Below the pieces are notes generated by a model. That model saw only the letters and a list, made by a program, of their open reading frames with translations. It did not search any database and was not told the DNA's origin. A program made the position numbers and the translations under genes. DNA of 63,912 bases from Candidatus Babelota bacterium (lineage in GTDB: Bacteria; Babelota; Babeliae; Babelales; UASB340). Positions 30,009 through 40,412 of the stretch are shown piece by piece (the first letter of the stretch is position 1; the number at the start of each line of letters is the position of its first letter). The stretch covers positions 1 to 63,912 of the forward strand of contig WJIY01000043.1 in NCBI GenBank assembly GCA_014730005.1. Direction: 5' to 3'.

Positions 30009-31337
30009 ATGAGTAAAAAACTATTTCATCTACCTAATGTATTACTTGTTGGCAGAACAAATGTAGGCAAATCGACTCTGTTTAATCGATTGATTGATAG
30101 TAAGAAAAGTATTGTGTTTGATCAAGAGGGCATAACTCGAGATTACATTCAAGAAACGATTTCTTGGGGGAATAGAAAATTTAATTTGATTGATACCGGT
30201 GGAGTATCATATAAAAAACCAACTGATTTTATTTCTCAAAAAATACAAGAAAAAGTTTTTCAATTATTTGAAAAAGCGTCATTAATTGTTTTTGTTTGTG
30301 ATGTCAAAAATGGTTTGACACAAGAAGATCAAAAAATTGCCAAAATTTTGCATAAAACAAATAAACCGCTGATTTTAGTATTAAATAAGGCAGATAATAT
30401 AAAGGCCTTAGAAGAAAATTTGTCCGATTTTTATAAATTAGGCATAAAAAACATCATTACAGTTTCTGCTATTCATGGACAAGGAATTGTAGATCTCTTA
30501 GATGAAATTGTAAAAATTATACCCAATGCTAAAGACGTTGAGGAAGAAGAAATTTCATCTTTTCGAATTGTAATTTTAGGCAAACCAAATGTTGGGAAAT
30601 CTTCTTTAATGAATTTATTATTAAAAACAGAAAGATCTATTGTTTATGAACAAGCAGGAACAACACGCGAAGCGATAACAGAGAATTTTATCTTTGCACA
30701 AGATCTTATACAAATAACCGATACGGCAGGAATTAGAAAACAAAGTAAAATAAAAGAAGATATTGAATCATTAATGATTAAAAGTTCACTTAGCGCAGTA
30801 AGACAGTCCGATTTGGTTTTGCTAATTGTTGATGCTTCTCAATTAAAATTGAGTGATCAAGAATTAAAGCTATTATTTTATACTTTTGAACAAAAAAAAT
30901 GTTTAATTCTTGTTTTTAATAAAACGGATTTATTAACACCTCAGGATCGTGAAGAATTAGAATATTCTTTAAAGGAATACGATTTTATTTTAAAAAAAAT
31001 TCCTATAATTTGGATTTCCTGTAAAAGTAAAAAAAATGTTCATAAAATTTTTAGGGAAATTGAAAAAATTAAAAAAAGATTAAATCAAAAATTTGATCGA
31101 ACAGAAATAACTGAATTAATTAAAGAACAATTAAATAGAAAACCCATGTATCATAAGACTAATTTGATAAAAATTAGTAAAGTTATTCCTGTTAATAAAT
31201 TTAAAATTCCAACTTTTATAATCTTTGCAAATCATCCTCAATGGATAGGGGAATCTCAATTAGGGTTCTTAGAAAATACTCTTAGAAAAAATTATGATTT
31301 AAAAGGTTGTCCTATAAAATTTGAAGTAAGAAAATAA
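30009..31337 (+). CDS. der: Ribosome biogenesis GTPase Der (EngA)
   Basis: Two G domains (GRTNVGKS, GKPNVGKS) plus KH-like C-terminus. Confidence 0.95.
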   Translation: MSKKLFHLPNVLLVGRTNVGKSTLFNRLIDSKKSIVFDQEGITRDYIQETISWGNRKFNLIDTGGVSYKKPTDFISQKIQEKVFQLFEKASLIVFVCDVKNGLTQEDQKIAKILHKTNKPLILVLNKADNIKALEENLSDFYKLGIKNIITVSAIHGQGIVDLLDEIVKIIPNAKDVEEEEISSFRIVILGKPNVGKSSLMNLLLKTERSIVYEQAGTTREAITENFIFAQDLIQITDTAGIRKQSKIKEDIESLMIKSSLSAVRQSDLVLLIVDASQLKLSDQELKLLFYTFEQKKCLILVFNKTDLLTPQDREELEYSLKEYDFILKKIPIIWISCKSKKNVHKIFREIEKIKKRLNQKFDRTEITELIKEQLNRKPMYHKTNLIKISKVIPVNKFKIPTFIIFANHPQWIGESQLGFLENTLRKNYDLKGCPIKFEVRK

Positions 31338-31339
31338 TT

Positions 31340-32131
31340 ATGATCTTTCTTACTGTAAAAAATTTGAGCAAGACTTTTGGAAAGAAACTAATTTTAAAAT
31401 CGATTTCTTTTGAACTTAATAGTGGGGAAGTTGTAGCTCTTTTAGGTCCTAATGGAGCAGGTAAAACAACTTTGCTTCGAACTATTATAGGGTTATTAAA
31501 GACACCAAAATATGATTCTGATTTAAATAATATTTGGCTGGAAAATCAACTTATTAATAAGTGGCCAATATTTAAAAGAGTTGAAAATGGATTATTATAT
31601 TTGCCACAACAAACATCATTATTTAGAGAAATGACAGTTTTGGATAATTTAAAGTTAGTGTATGAATATCATAATTATTGGGCTGATAACTTTAAATTAA
31701 AAAAAAATCGCTGGAAAATATTCGAAGAAGAGATGGATCGATGGTTGGCAAAAACAGATTTAACTTCTTGCAAAAAACAATTAGCTGGAAATTTATCCGG
31801 TGGACAAAAGAGAAAACTTGAGGTGGTGCGATCAATTTTAATGCATCCGAAAGGGATTATGTTAGATGAGCCCTTTGCGGGAGTAGACCCTAAATCTATT
31901 TATGAGTTAAGAAAAATTTTTGTTGATATGGCTGAAAAGAATAATATTGCTGTATTAATTTCTGATCATAATGTTGAGCAATTATTATCTATAGCTACAA
32001 GAATATATGTTGTAATTGATGGTTGTGTGGTAACCTCTGGAGGAGTGGAAGATATTGTTAATCATAATTTTACTAAAGAAATGTATCTTGGTAAGCAATT
32101 TTATTCTGAGTTTTTAAAAAAGGATTTATAA
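31340..32131 (+). CDS. lptB: LPS export ABC transporter ATP-binding protein
   Basis: LLGPNGAGKTT, YLPQQTSLFR, LSGGQKR, LDEPFAGVDP, SDHNV, YLG. Confidence 0.85.
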   Translation: MIFLTVKNLSKTFGKKLILKSISFELNSGEVVALLGPNGAGKTTLLRTIIGLLKTPKYDSDLNNIWLENQLINKWPIFKRVENGLLYLPQQTSLFREMTVLDNLKLVYEYHNYWADNFKLKKNRWKIFEEEMDRWLAKTDLTSCKKQLAGNLSGGQKRKLEVVRSILMHPKGIMLDEPFAGVDPKSIYELRKIFVDMAEKNNIAVLISDHNVEQLLSIATRIYVVIDGCVVTSGGVEDIVNHNFTKEMYLGKQFYSEFLKKDL

Positions 32132-32232
32132 GCTTTTAGGTATAATTTCAAGCTTTTTTATTTTTATAAACATGATATAATTCTAAAAAAATTGAATTTG
32201 AGAAATATTTAAATTAGGGAGTTTAGAGTAAT

Positions 32233-32595
32233 ATGAATAGAAGAATTACCTTTCATGAAATGGATCATTCCAAACCAATGGAAAATCATATCAATGAAAA
32301 ATTGAATAAAATTGAAGAACTTATAAAAGATCCAGAATGGGCTACACCAAAATATGTGGAACTTTTTTTAAATGCACATCCGTTGCATCCTCATCATGAG
32401 GTGGAACTTATTTTAAAAACACCTCAATTTAATCTTGTTACACAAGATAAAGGCACAGAGATGTATGTTGTCATTGATAATGTTATAGATAAAATGGTAA
32501 GATTATTAAAAAAAGAGAAACAAAGGGTTTTAGATAAAAAACAAAAGGTGGAAACAGAAAAAAATGAATTTGCAGATGATAAATATACACTATAA
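32233..32595 (+). CDS. hpf: Ribosome hibernation promoting factor (HPF/RaiA)
   Basis: ITFHEMDHS...HINEKLNKI and MYVVIDNVIDKMVRLLKKEK match the S30AE fold pattern; lies downstream of lptB. Confidence 0.8.
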   Translation: MNRRITFHEMDHSKPMENHINEKLNKIEELIKDPEWATPKYVELFLNAHPLHPHHEVELILKTPQFNLVTQDKGTEMYVVIDNVIDKMVRLLKKEKQRVLDKKQKVETEKNEFADDKYTL

Positions 32596-32703
32596 GTATT
32601 TTTAAACATCATTTTTTTGTCACTCAGATAGTTTTTTAATTAAAAAGTTGATGTATTTATAAAAACTTAAATTAATAGTTATTGATTTTGGAAAGAATAT
32701 TTT

Positions 32704-33969
32704 TTAGATTTTTTTTAAAACAATAACTGAATTCCCACCGCCAAATCCAAAAGAATTTGAAATTGCGTATTCACATTTTTTATCTCTAGCATAGTGCGGG
32801 ATATAATCTAAGTTACATTCATCATCTGGATGATCTAAATTTATTGTGGGAGGTAATGTTTCATTTTTTAGTGCTAAAGCTGTTAAAGAAATTTCAACCC
32901 CTCCTGCAGCACCAAGCATATGTCCAGTCATTGATTTTGTACTACTTACTAAAGCTCTATTTGGATTTTTGGGTGATATATGGTCTAAAAAAACATTTTT
33001 GAGAACTTTTGTTTCAATGATATCGTTCATTTTTGTTGAAGTTCCATGAGCATTGATATATCCAATTTCATTTTTATTAATTTTTGCATCTTTGAGTGCG
33101 ACTTGAATTGCTTTTATCGCTCCTCTTCCTTCAGGATGCATGGCTGTTATATGATATGCATCAGAAGTTGATCCGTAACCTACAATTTCTGCATAAATAT
33201 TAGCCCCACGTTTTTTTGCTAAATCCATTCTTTCTAATAATAAAATTCCGGCTCCTTCACTCATAACAAAACCCGATCTATCCTTATCAAAAGGTCGACA
33301 TGCTTTTTCAGGTTTTTTTTTCCAGTGAGTAATAGCTCTCATGTTTCCAAATGCGGCAATTGAAAGAGGTGTGATTGAACTTTCTGTTCCACCCGTTAAC
33401 ATATAATCTGCGTAACCATCTCGAATCATTCTAAATGCATTTCCAACAGAATCACCACTAGAAGAACAGGCATTTACAATAGAACAAGTTGGTCCTTGTA
33501 AATTATGTTCCATACTTAAATGTGCAGCTGCTTGATTTATAATTGATTGTGGAATTAAAAAAGGGGAAACTCTTTTTAACCCTTTTTTAATTAAACAATC
33601 TTTGCCTGTTTCAATTGATTGAATTCCTCCAAAACCAACACCGATGCTTGTACCAAAGCGTTCTCGGTTGACTGGGAGTTCTTTGGAAAGACCTGAATCT
33701 AAAAGAGCTTCTTTACCTGCTATCATTGCTAAATGAATGAAGCGATCTGTTTTGCGTTGGTTGTTAAAAGAAAAAACTTTATTTAGTATTTCTTTTTCAT
33801 TTTTAACTAATCCAAATACTTTACATGGATAATCTTTTAATTCATCTTTTTCTAAAAAACTTAATCCTGATTTTCCTTTTAATAATAAATTCCAGGTTTC
33901 GATAGTATTATTTGCTATTGGATTTATAAGACCAATACCTGTTATTGCAACTTTCTGTTTTTTAGACAT
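32704..33969 (-). CDS. fabF: Beta-ketoacyl-ACP synthase II
   Basis: NACSS catalytic Cys, NAHGTST, KSMTGH, SNSFGFGG. Confidence 0.95.
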   Translation of the reverse strand: MSKKQKVAITGIGLINPIANNTIETWNLLLKGKSGLSFLEKDELKDYPCKVFGLVKNEKEILNKVFSFNNQRKTDRFIHLAMIAGKEALLDSGLSKELPVNRERFGTSIGVGFGGIQSIETGKDCLIKKGLKRVSPFLIPQSIINQAAAHLSMEHNLQGPTCSIVNACSSSGDSVGNAFRMIRDGYADYMLTGGTESSITPLSIAAFGNMRAITHWKKKPEKACRPFDKDRSGFVMSEGAGILLLERMDLAKKRGANIYAEIVGYGSTSDAYHITAMHPEGRGAIKAIQVALKDAKINKNEIGYINAHGTSTKMNDIIETKVLKNVFLDHISPKNPNRALVSSTKSMTGHMLGAAGGVEISLTALALKNETLPPTINLDHPDDECNLDYIPHYARDKKCEYAISNSFGFGGGNSVIVLKKI

Positions 33970-33972
33970 AAA

Positions 33973-34221
33973 TTACTTTGTTCGTGCTTCATGTATATGA
34001 TCTATAGCATCTTGAACAGATTTGATTTTTTCAGCGTCCTCATCTTTAATTTCGATTCCAAACATCTCTTCAAAGCTCATGATCATTTCTACAATATCAA
34101 GCGAATCGGCACCCAAATCTTGAAAGGTTGCTTCAACTTGTATATTTTCTACTGGAATATTTAATTTGTCAGAAATTATATCAACCACTTTTTGAAAAGT
34201 ATCTTCTTTTGAAAAAGCCAT
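33973..34221 (-). CDS. acpP: Acyl carrier protein
   Basis: DLGADSLD phosphopantetheine site. Confidence 0.97.
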   Translation of the reverse strand: MAFSKEDTFQKVVDIISDKLNIPVENIQVEATFQDLGADSLDIVEMIMSFEEMFGIEIKDEDAEKIKSVQDAIDHIHEARTK

Positions 34222-34338
34222 AAAAAAATCTCCTAAATTTTGAGTTATTTTTTTAATAAATTATTTTTTAAATGAATTAGAGAAGTTTTTATCATAGCGA
34301 AAGTTGAGATTTTTTCCACCTTTTACTTAATAAAATTA

Positions 34339-34650
34339 ACGCGAACTCGATAATTGTTTTGCAACAAAATAGACTATAGATCCACTTCTTTTGCTAATTT
34401 AACGCAAGCATGAAATAAGAAAAGTTTGATTAAGAACTATTCTCCTTTTGCTCTAGGTAATTTTCGAAACCCTGTATCCCTTGATACATTCGTCTTCACT
34501 AAAGCTATGACGGACAAGTGTTGCAAAGCGTCACATTCGGGATGATCTTTTGATACGATTTTGCAAAAACAAAAATTACTCAGGATGATCGAGTAAGAAA
34601 ATTATATAAAAGGGTTAATAGAATGGTTTTATTAGTTGTCGAATTAATGT
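34339..34650 (+). mobile_element. IS982-related MITE-like element (copy 1, 312 bp)
   Basis: Ends ACGCGAACTCGATAA ... TTGTCGAATTAATGT (10/15 inverted match); flanks AAAATTA/TAAATTA; homologous to 55409-55722. Confidence 0.6.
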
Positions 34651-34801
34651 TAAATTAATATGGTTGATATGTTTTAGCTTAAAAATATATCAAAAACGCT
34701 GTTTTATTATTTTTTGTTGATTGGTATAATAATTTTACGTCAAAGCTATTGATCACAAATAAGTTCATATCAATTCTGATGTTTCATATTGAAGGATTAC
34801 A

Positions 34802-36301
34802 ATGGCAGTAAAAAAAAAATTAGATGAGCAGTCTGTTTATTCGTTAACAGAAGATGAAGTTCGATTAAAAAAAGTTAAGCAAATGATTGGGCAAGGTCGT
34901 AATCCCTGGCCATATTATGAACCTGTATCAAGTACATGTAAGCAAGTTATTAAAGATTTTGAAAAAAAAATTTCTGATTTAACAGAATATACGCTTGCAG
35001 GACGATTGATGTCGGTCCGAGAACATGGAAAAACTATTTTTGCCAATATTCAAGATAGATCGGGGAATATTCAACTTTATATACGTGAAAATGATTTGGG
35101 AGAAGAAAGGTTTAAATATTTTCAGAATATGATTGATCTTGGAGATATTATTTGGGTTAAAGGTTCTGTATTTAAAACAAAAATGGGTGAAATTACTTTA
35201 AAAGTTCAAAATTTAAAGCTTTTGAGTAAATGTTTGCATCCATTACCAGATAAATTTCATGGATTAGTTGATATTGAGCAAAAATATCGTCAAAGGCATT
35301 TAGATCTTATTAGCAATTCAGAGAGTAAAGAAAAATTTATAAGGCGTTCAAAAATTGTTCAATCAATACGTGAATTTTTGCTCAATAAAGATTTTTTAGA
35401 AGTAGAAACGCCGATGCTGCATCCAATTGCGGGCGGTGCGATGGCAAAACCTTTTGTTACTCACCATAATGCGTATGATATGGATTTATTTTTACGTATT
35501 GCACCAGAGTTATATTTAAAAAGATTAGTTATTGGAGGATTAGAAAGAGTTTTTGAAATTAATAGAAATTTTAGAAATGAAGGCGTTTCCACAAAACATA
35601 ATCCTGAATTTACAACGCTTGAGTTTTATATGGCTCATGGTGATTATAAAGATGGAATGGAGCTTACCGAAAAATTAATTAATTTCGTTGTGAAAAAAAT
35701 TTTTGGAACAAATAAAATAAGATATCAAAATATGGAGATTGATTTTTCTGCTCCATTTAAACGTTTAACAGTTGAAGAATCGCTTATTCAACTTGGAGGG
35801 TTTTTGGCAGATCAAATAAGTGAAAAGAATATTGATAAAACCATGCATCGACATGCAATTGAGATTGGAAAACATGCAGGATATGGGGCAAAATTATTTG
35901 CACTTTTTGAGCAAAGAGTTGAAAATAAATTAATACAACCAACTTTTATTATAGGATATCCAGTTGAAGTTTCACCTTTAGCTAAAAGGGATGAAAAAAA
36001 TTCTGAGATAACAGCACGATTTGAACTTTTTGTTGCAGGCATGGAGCTTGCAAATGGTTTTACTGAATTAAATGATCCATTTGATCAGGCAGAAAGATTT
36101 AGGCAACAGGTACAAGCAAAAGCTGCAGGAGATCAAGAAGCACAAGATTATGATCAGGATTATATAAAAGCTTTAGAATATGGTTTACCACCAACTGTTG
36201 GTGTTGGTATTGGAATTGATCGTTTAGTTATGTTTTTAACCGATACACCTTCTATTAAAGATGTTATTTTGTTTCCTACAATGAAAAAAATTGAAGAATA
36301 A
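34802..36301 (+). CDS. lysS: Lysine--tRNA ligase (class II)
   Basis: KYRQRHLDL, EVETPML, LRIAPELYLKRL, FRNEG, EYGLPPTVG. Confidence 0.97.
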   Translation: MAVKKKLDEQSVYSLTEDEVRLKKVKQMIGQGRNPWPYYEPVSSTCKQVIKDFEKKISDLTEYTLAGRLMSVREHGKTIFANIQDRSGNIQLYIRENDLGEERFKYFQNMIDLGDIIWVKGSVFKTKMGEITLKVQNLKLLSKCLHPLPDKFHGLVDIEQKYRQRHLDLISNSESKEKFIRRSKIVQSIREFLLNKDFLEVETPMLHPIAGGAMAKPFVTHHNAYDMDLFLRIAPELYLKRLVIGGLERVFEINRNFRNEGVSTKHNPEFTTLEFYMAHGDYKDGMELTEKLINFVVKKIFGTNKIRYQNMEIDFSAPFKRLTVEESLIQLGGFLADQISEKNIDKTMHRHAIEIGKHAGYGAKLFALFEQRVENKLIQPTFIIGYPVEVSPLAKRDEKNSEITARFELFVAGMELANGFTELNDPFDQAERFRQQVQAKAAGDQEAQDYDQDYIKALEYGLPPTVGVGIGIDRLVMFLTDTPSIKDVILFPTMKKIEE

Positions 36302-36316
36302 AGATAAGGCTCTTTT

Positions 36317-38098
36317 ATGAACCCGCAAAAAACTGTATATGTGGGCGAACCAATTAAAGATATTAGTGAAAAATTTGAAATTTTTAGGGGGCTGAAATAT
36401 CTTTGGCGATTAAAAAAAACAGATCATAATTTAATTAAAAAAGTAGCTTATGATTATAATTTAAGCTTTCCCATTTCTCATGTTTTAGCAAGTCGCGGTT
36501 TTATACAAAAAGGACAGATTGATTCTTTTTTGTTTTCTTCTTATGAAAAAGATGTTTTTTCTCCTCTTTTGTTTAAAGATTTAGATTTAGCTTTATCAAG
36601 AATTAATGCTGCAATTGATAAAAAAGAAAAAATACTTATTTTTGGTGATTATGATGTTGATGGTATAACTTCAACAGCTCTTTTATTGATTGCATTAAAA
36701 CCTCTTGGTGCAAATATAAATTTTTATTTACCTAATCGTAAAAAGGATGGGTATGGGCTTTCGGAGAAAATTGTAAAACAAGCATATCAAAATGGTTATA
36801 AATTAATTATAACTGTTGATAATGGTATTTCTGCTATTAATTCTGCACAACTTGCGTATAAATTGAAAGTTGATTTGATTATTACAGATCATCATAGGCC
36901 ACAAGATAAGTTACCTCATGCTGTGGCTATTGTAGATGCTAATCAAAAAGATTGCACTTATCCTTATAAAGACTTAGCTGGAGTTGGAGTTATTTTTAAG
37001 TTGGTTAGTATTATTTATCAACAAAGAAATTTAACCTTGCCTGAAAAAGTTTATGAACTTTTAATGCTTGGAACTGTTGCAGATGTTGCGCCATTACTTG
37101 GTGAAAATAGATATTGGGTACGTTATGGTTTGGGAAAAATAAATAAAAAAAGAAGTTTGGCAATTAAGGTATTGGCCAAAAATAGTAATTTAAATAAAAA
37201 AATCTTAGACTCCCTGGATATTGGATTTATGATTGCTCCTCAATTAAATGCTCTTGGGAGACTAGATGATCCTCGGGATGCGGTTAGGTTTTTAGTTAGT
37301 TCTAATACTTGTGAGATTGAAAAAATTGGTGATATTTTAAAAAATATAAATGAAACTCGCAAAATGTTAGAGCGAAAAATTTTTGAGGATATAGAATTTG
37401 CTATTTTTGAAAAAAATATAAATCTTGAAACAGAAAATGTAATTGTTGCTGCAAATTCTCAATGGCCAGTGGGTATTATAGGTTTAGTAGCGGGAAAATT
37501 AATGCATAATTATGGAAAACCTACTTTACTTTTTCATTTAAATAAGGATGGAGTTTTAAAAGGTTCATGTCGTTCTATTTTGGAATTTAATATTTTTGAT
37601 GCATTAAATGAGAATAAGGAACTTTTGATTAATTTTGGGGGGCATTCCTTTGCTGCAGGATTAAAATTAAAAAAAGAAAATTTACCAAAATTGAAAGAAA
37701 GACTGGAACATAAAATTGTTAGAGAATTGGCACCAGAGGATTTGATTCCTAAAATTGAGCTTGACGCAGAAATTGATTTATCTGAATTAAAATTAAATTT
37801 ATTAAATGATTTGTGCCGATTAGAGCCTTTTGGTAATAAAAATGAACAACCTGTTTTTATAATAAAAAATGTTACACTTTTAAAAGCTCCAATGTTATTA
37901 AGAGAGAGGCATGTAAAATGTGTTGTTTTTTCCCAAGGTGTTATAAAACCAGTTATATTTTTTAATCGTCCAGATTTATATCCTATTTTAAATAATATTG
38001 GGGATAAAACTTTTAATATTGCTGCTTATATTTCAAAAAGCGAATGGAATGAAAAAATTAATATTGAATTGCAGGGTTTAGATATTGCAACTCAATAA
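36317..38098 (+). CDS. recJ: Single-stranded DNA exonuclease RecJ
   Basis: GDYDVDG, TVDNG, TDHH, GTVADV, GGHSFAAG, LEPFG. Confidence 0.96.
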   Translation: MNPQKTVYVGEPIKDISEKFEIFRGLKYLWRLKKTDHNLIKKVAYDYNLSFPISHVLASRGFIQKGQIDSFLFSSYEKDVFSPLLFKDLDLALSRINAAIDKKEKILIFGDYDVDGITSTALLLIALKPLGANINFYLPNRKKDGYGLSEKIVKQAYQNGYKLIITVDNGISAINSAQLAYKLKVDLIITDHHRPQDKLPHAVAIVDANQKDCTYPYKDLAGVGVIFKLVSIIYQQRNLTLPEKVYELLMLGTVADVAPLLGENRYWVRYGLGKINKKRSLAIKVLAKNSNLNKKILDSLDIGFMIAPQLNALGRLDDPRDAVRFLVSSNTCEIEKIGDILKNINETRKMLERKIFEDIEFAIFEKNINLETENVIVAANSQWPVGIIGLVAGKLMHNYGKPTLLFHLNKDGVLKGSCRSILEFNIFDALNENKELLINFGGHSFAAGLKLKKENLPKLKERLEHKIVRELAPEDLIPKIELDAEIDLSELKLNLLNDLCRLEPFGNKNEQPVFIIKNVTLLKAPMLLRERHVKCVVFSQGVIKPVIFFNRPDLYPILNNIGDKTFNIAAYISKSEWNEKINIELQGLDIATQ

Positions 38099-38115
38099 TT
38101 TTAAGGGTATTAATT

Positions 38116-38772
38116 ATGATTATTACAATTGATGGGCCGGCTGGAAGCGGTAAAAGTACTGTTGCCAAACAATTAGCAAAAGAACTTGATATTTATTATT
38201 TATATACGGGACTTTTATATCGTGCCGTTGCATATATATTAGTAGATCGTTTTAAAAAAAAAGTTGATAATTTATTAAAATCAGAAGATTTTGTATTTAT
38301 AAAAAATATTTCTTATAAATACATTCTTAATAAACCTCGAGTATATTTTAAGTATGAAAATATTTCTATGTACTTACAGGATTCGAAATGGGATCAGCCA
38401 GCATCGATTATAAGTTCCAATAAAATGGTAAGAAAATTATTAATTGATACGCAAAGAGATGTAGCAAAAGATTACGATTTAATTGCGGATGGACGTGATT
38501 GTGGTTCGGTTATATTTCCTAATGCAGATTATAAATTTTTTTTGACAGCGGATTTAGAGACGCGCGCTTTAAGAGTTTTTAATGACAAACAACGTTTAAG
38601 TAATAAAGATTCATTTGAAAAGGTTAAAGAAGAACTTGAAATTCGAGATCGTAGAGATAAAGAGCGCAAGGTGGCTCCATTAATGGTGCCTGATGACGCA
38701 ATAATTATTGATAATTCAAAAATGAATAGACAAGAAACTATTGATGAATTTTTGAGATTCATAAATATGTAA
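38116..38772 (+). CDS. cmk: Cytidylate kinase
   Basis: ITIDGPAGSGKST, DGRDCG, RDRRD...APL. Confidence 0.95.
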   Translation: MIITIDGPAGSGKSTVAKQLAKELDIYYLYTGLLYRAVAYILVDRFKKKVDNLLKSEDFVFIKNISYKYILNKPRVYFKYENISMYLQDSKWDQPASIISSNKMVRKLLIDTQRDVAKDYDLIADGRDCGSVIFPNADYKFFLTADLETRALRVFNDKQRLSNKDSFEKVKEELEIRDRRDKERKVAPLMVPDDAIIIDNSKMNRQETIDEFLRFINM

Positions 38773-38810
38773 AAATTTTTAAAATAATCCTTCGTTTAAG
38801 CTGTGATTAT

Positions 38811-40259
38811 TTAGAGAAGTTTTGTTGCCAATTTAGCCAATTCACTACGTTCGCTTTTTTCAAGGAAAACGGTTCCAAATATAGGTTGCCCTTTTAGTTT
38901 TTCAGTTGTTACAGTAAGTCCATTGCTACTAAAGTCTAAATAGGGTGAATCTATTTGAAATGGATCTCCAGCGAGAATGATTTTGGTGCCTTCTCCTGCT
39001 CTGCTTACAATTGTTTTTACTTCGTGTGGGTTAAGATTTTGTACTTCATCGATAAAAACAAATTGATAAGGAATTGATCGACCTCGCATATATGTAATTG
39101 CTTCTAAGCTTAAGATCCCTTTTTCTTCCAGTAATTCTGCCATAGATTCTTTTTTTTCGCCTTTTTCTTTCAGAACTTTTTTTCGACGTCGTTTGTGCTT
39201 TTGTGTTGCTAAATATTCAAGATCTTTTTGGTCTATAAGACTAAATATAAATTCCAAGTTATCATAAACAGGTTGCATCCAATAGCGTAATTTTTCTTTG
39301 ACCTCACCGGGTAAATAACCAATATCTGCACCTAGGGCAATAACTGGTCGAGTTATTAGAAATCTTCGATAAAGATGTTCTGTTGCGACTTTTTGTAATC
39401 CCATAATAAGAGTTAAAAATGTTTTTCCTGTTCCAGCTGCTCCTACAAGTGAAATAATTTTAACATTGTCATCTCTTAAAAGATCTAATGCCATAAGTTG
39501 TTGGGGATTTTTTGCTTCAAAATGTGCGATGATTTGTGGATTTTTGACTTCTATGAATTTTTTACCTCCAAGATACCGAAATAATTTATTATTTTCAGGA
39601 TTATTTTCACTTTGAAGAACTAAGAATTCATTTGGATATAATTCACCAAGAAAAATATTATTTTGTTGTAGAGTTTCTGGTAATTTATTAACCGTCATTT
39701 TTCTGATTTCATTTGAAGGCAAAATGACGCTTTTCCAGCCTTTGTAAAATTCTTCTGTTCGGACTTTATCTTTTTTATAATCTTCTGCCATTAAGTCAAG
39801 TGAATCTGCTTTGACTCGTGAATTAATATCTTTTGTTATAAAAGTAACTTGATAACCTTCATTTACTAAATCTTGAACAGTTTGTAATATTAAGTTGTCT
39901 ACAACGTCACCGTATGGTTGAATTTCAACATCTAGTTTAGGTGTTGGTAAAACTTTTAATATAGAATTAGTTTCTCTACCGATTTTAACGCCATCATTTA
40001 AAGATCCCCTTTGGCGGAGTTCATCTAGTGTTCTGATTACTTCTCTACAATTACGTCCATTTTCTCCAGTATTACGTTTAAAAGTATCAAGTTCTTCTAA
40101 AACAACAAATGGAATTCCCACAGTTACATTTTTAAATGTAAAAATTGATTCACTATCGTATAAAAGAACGTTTGTGTCTAATACAAAAACCTTTTGATAA
40201 TTATTATTATTTTTACCTGGGGTATTATTTATATCTTTTGCTTTACGCCCATTTTGCAT
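38811..40259 (-). CDS. PIN-PhoH family protein (PhoH2/YlaK-like)
   Basis: VLDTNVLL PIN domain, ITKDINSR, GAAGTGKT, RGRS, DEVQN, GDPFQID; start taken at ATG 40259 after AAGGAG. Confidence 0.92.
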   Translation of the reverse strand: MQNGRKAKDINNTPGKNNNNYQKVFVLDTNVLLYDSESIFTFKNVTVGIPFVVLEELDTFKRNTGENGRNCREVIRTLDELRQRGSLNDGVKIGRETNSILKVLPTPKLDVEIQPYGDVVDNLILQTVQDLVNEGYQVTFITKDINSRVKADSLDLMAEDYKKDKVRTEEFYKGWKSVILPSNEIRKMTVNKLPETLQQNNIFLGELYPNEFLVLQSENNPENNKLFRYLGGKKFIEVKNPQIIAHFEAKNPQQLMALDLLRDDNVKIISLVGAAGTGKTFLTLIMGLQKVATEHLYRRFLITRPVIALGADIGYLPGEVKEKLRYWMQPVYDNLEFIFSLIDQKDLEYLATQKHKRRRKKVLKEKGEKKESMAELLEEKGILSLEAITYMRGRSIPYQFVFIDEVQNLNPHEVKTIVSRAGEGTKIILAGDPFQIDSPYLDFSSNGLTVTTEKLKGQPIFGTVFLEKSERSELAKLATKLL

Positions 40260-40412
40260 AATATTTATCTCCTTTCTTTTATTAATTTGCACTTAAATTG
40301 GAGTTATTTTATTATCTTATTGTTTTTAATCATTTTAAAGTATAGATAAGTGGGTATTTTTTTTATACAAATTAAATGTTTACCTGTTGTAGGTTTAAAG
40401 TAGGAGCTTTAT

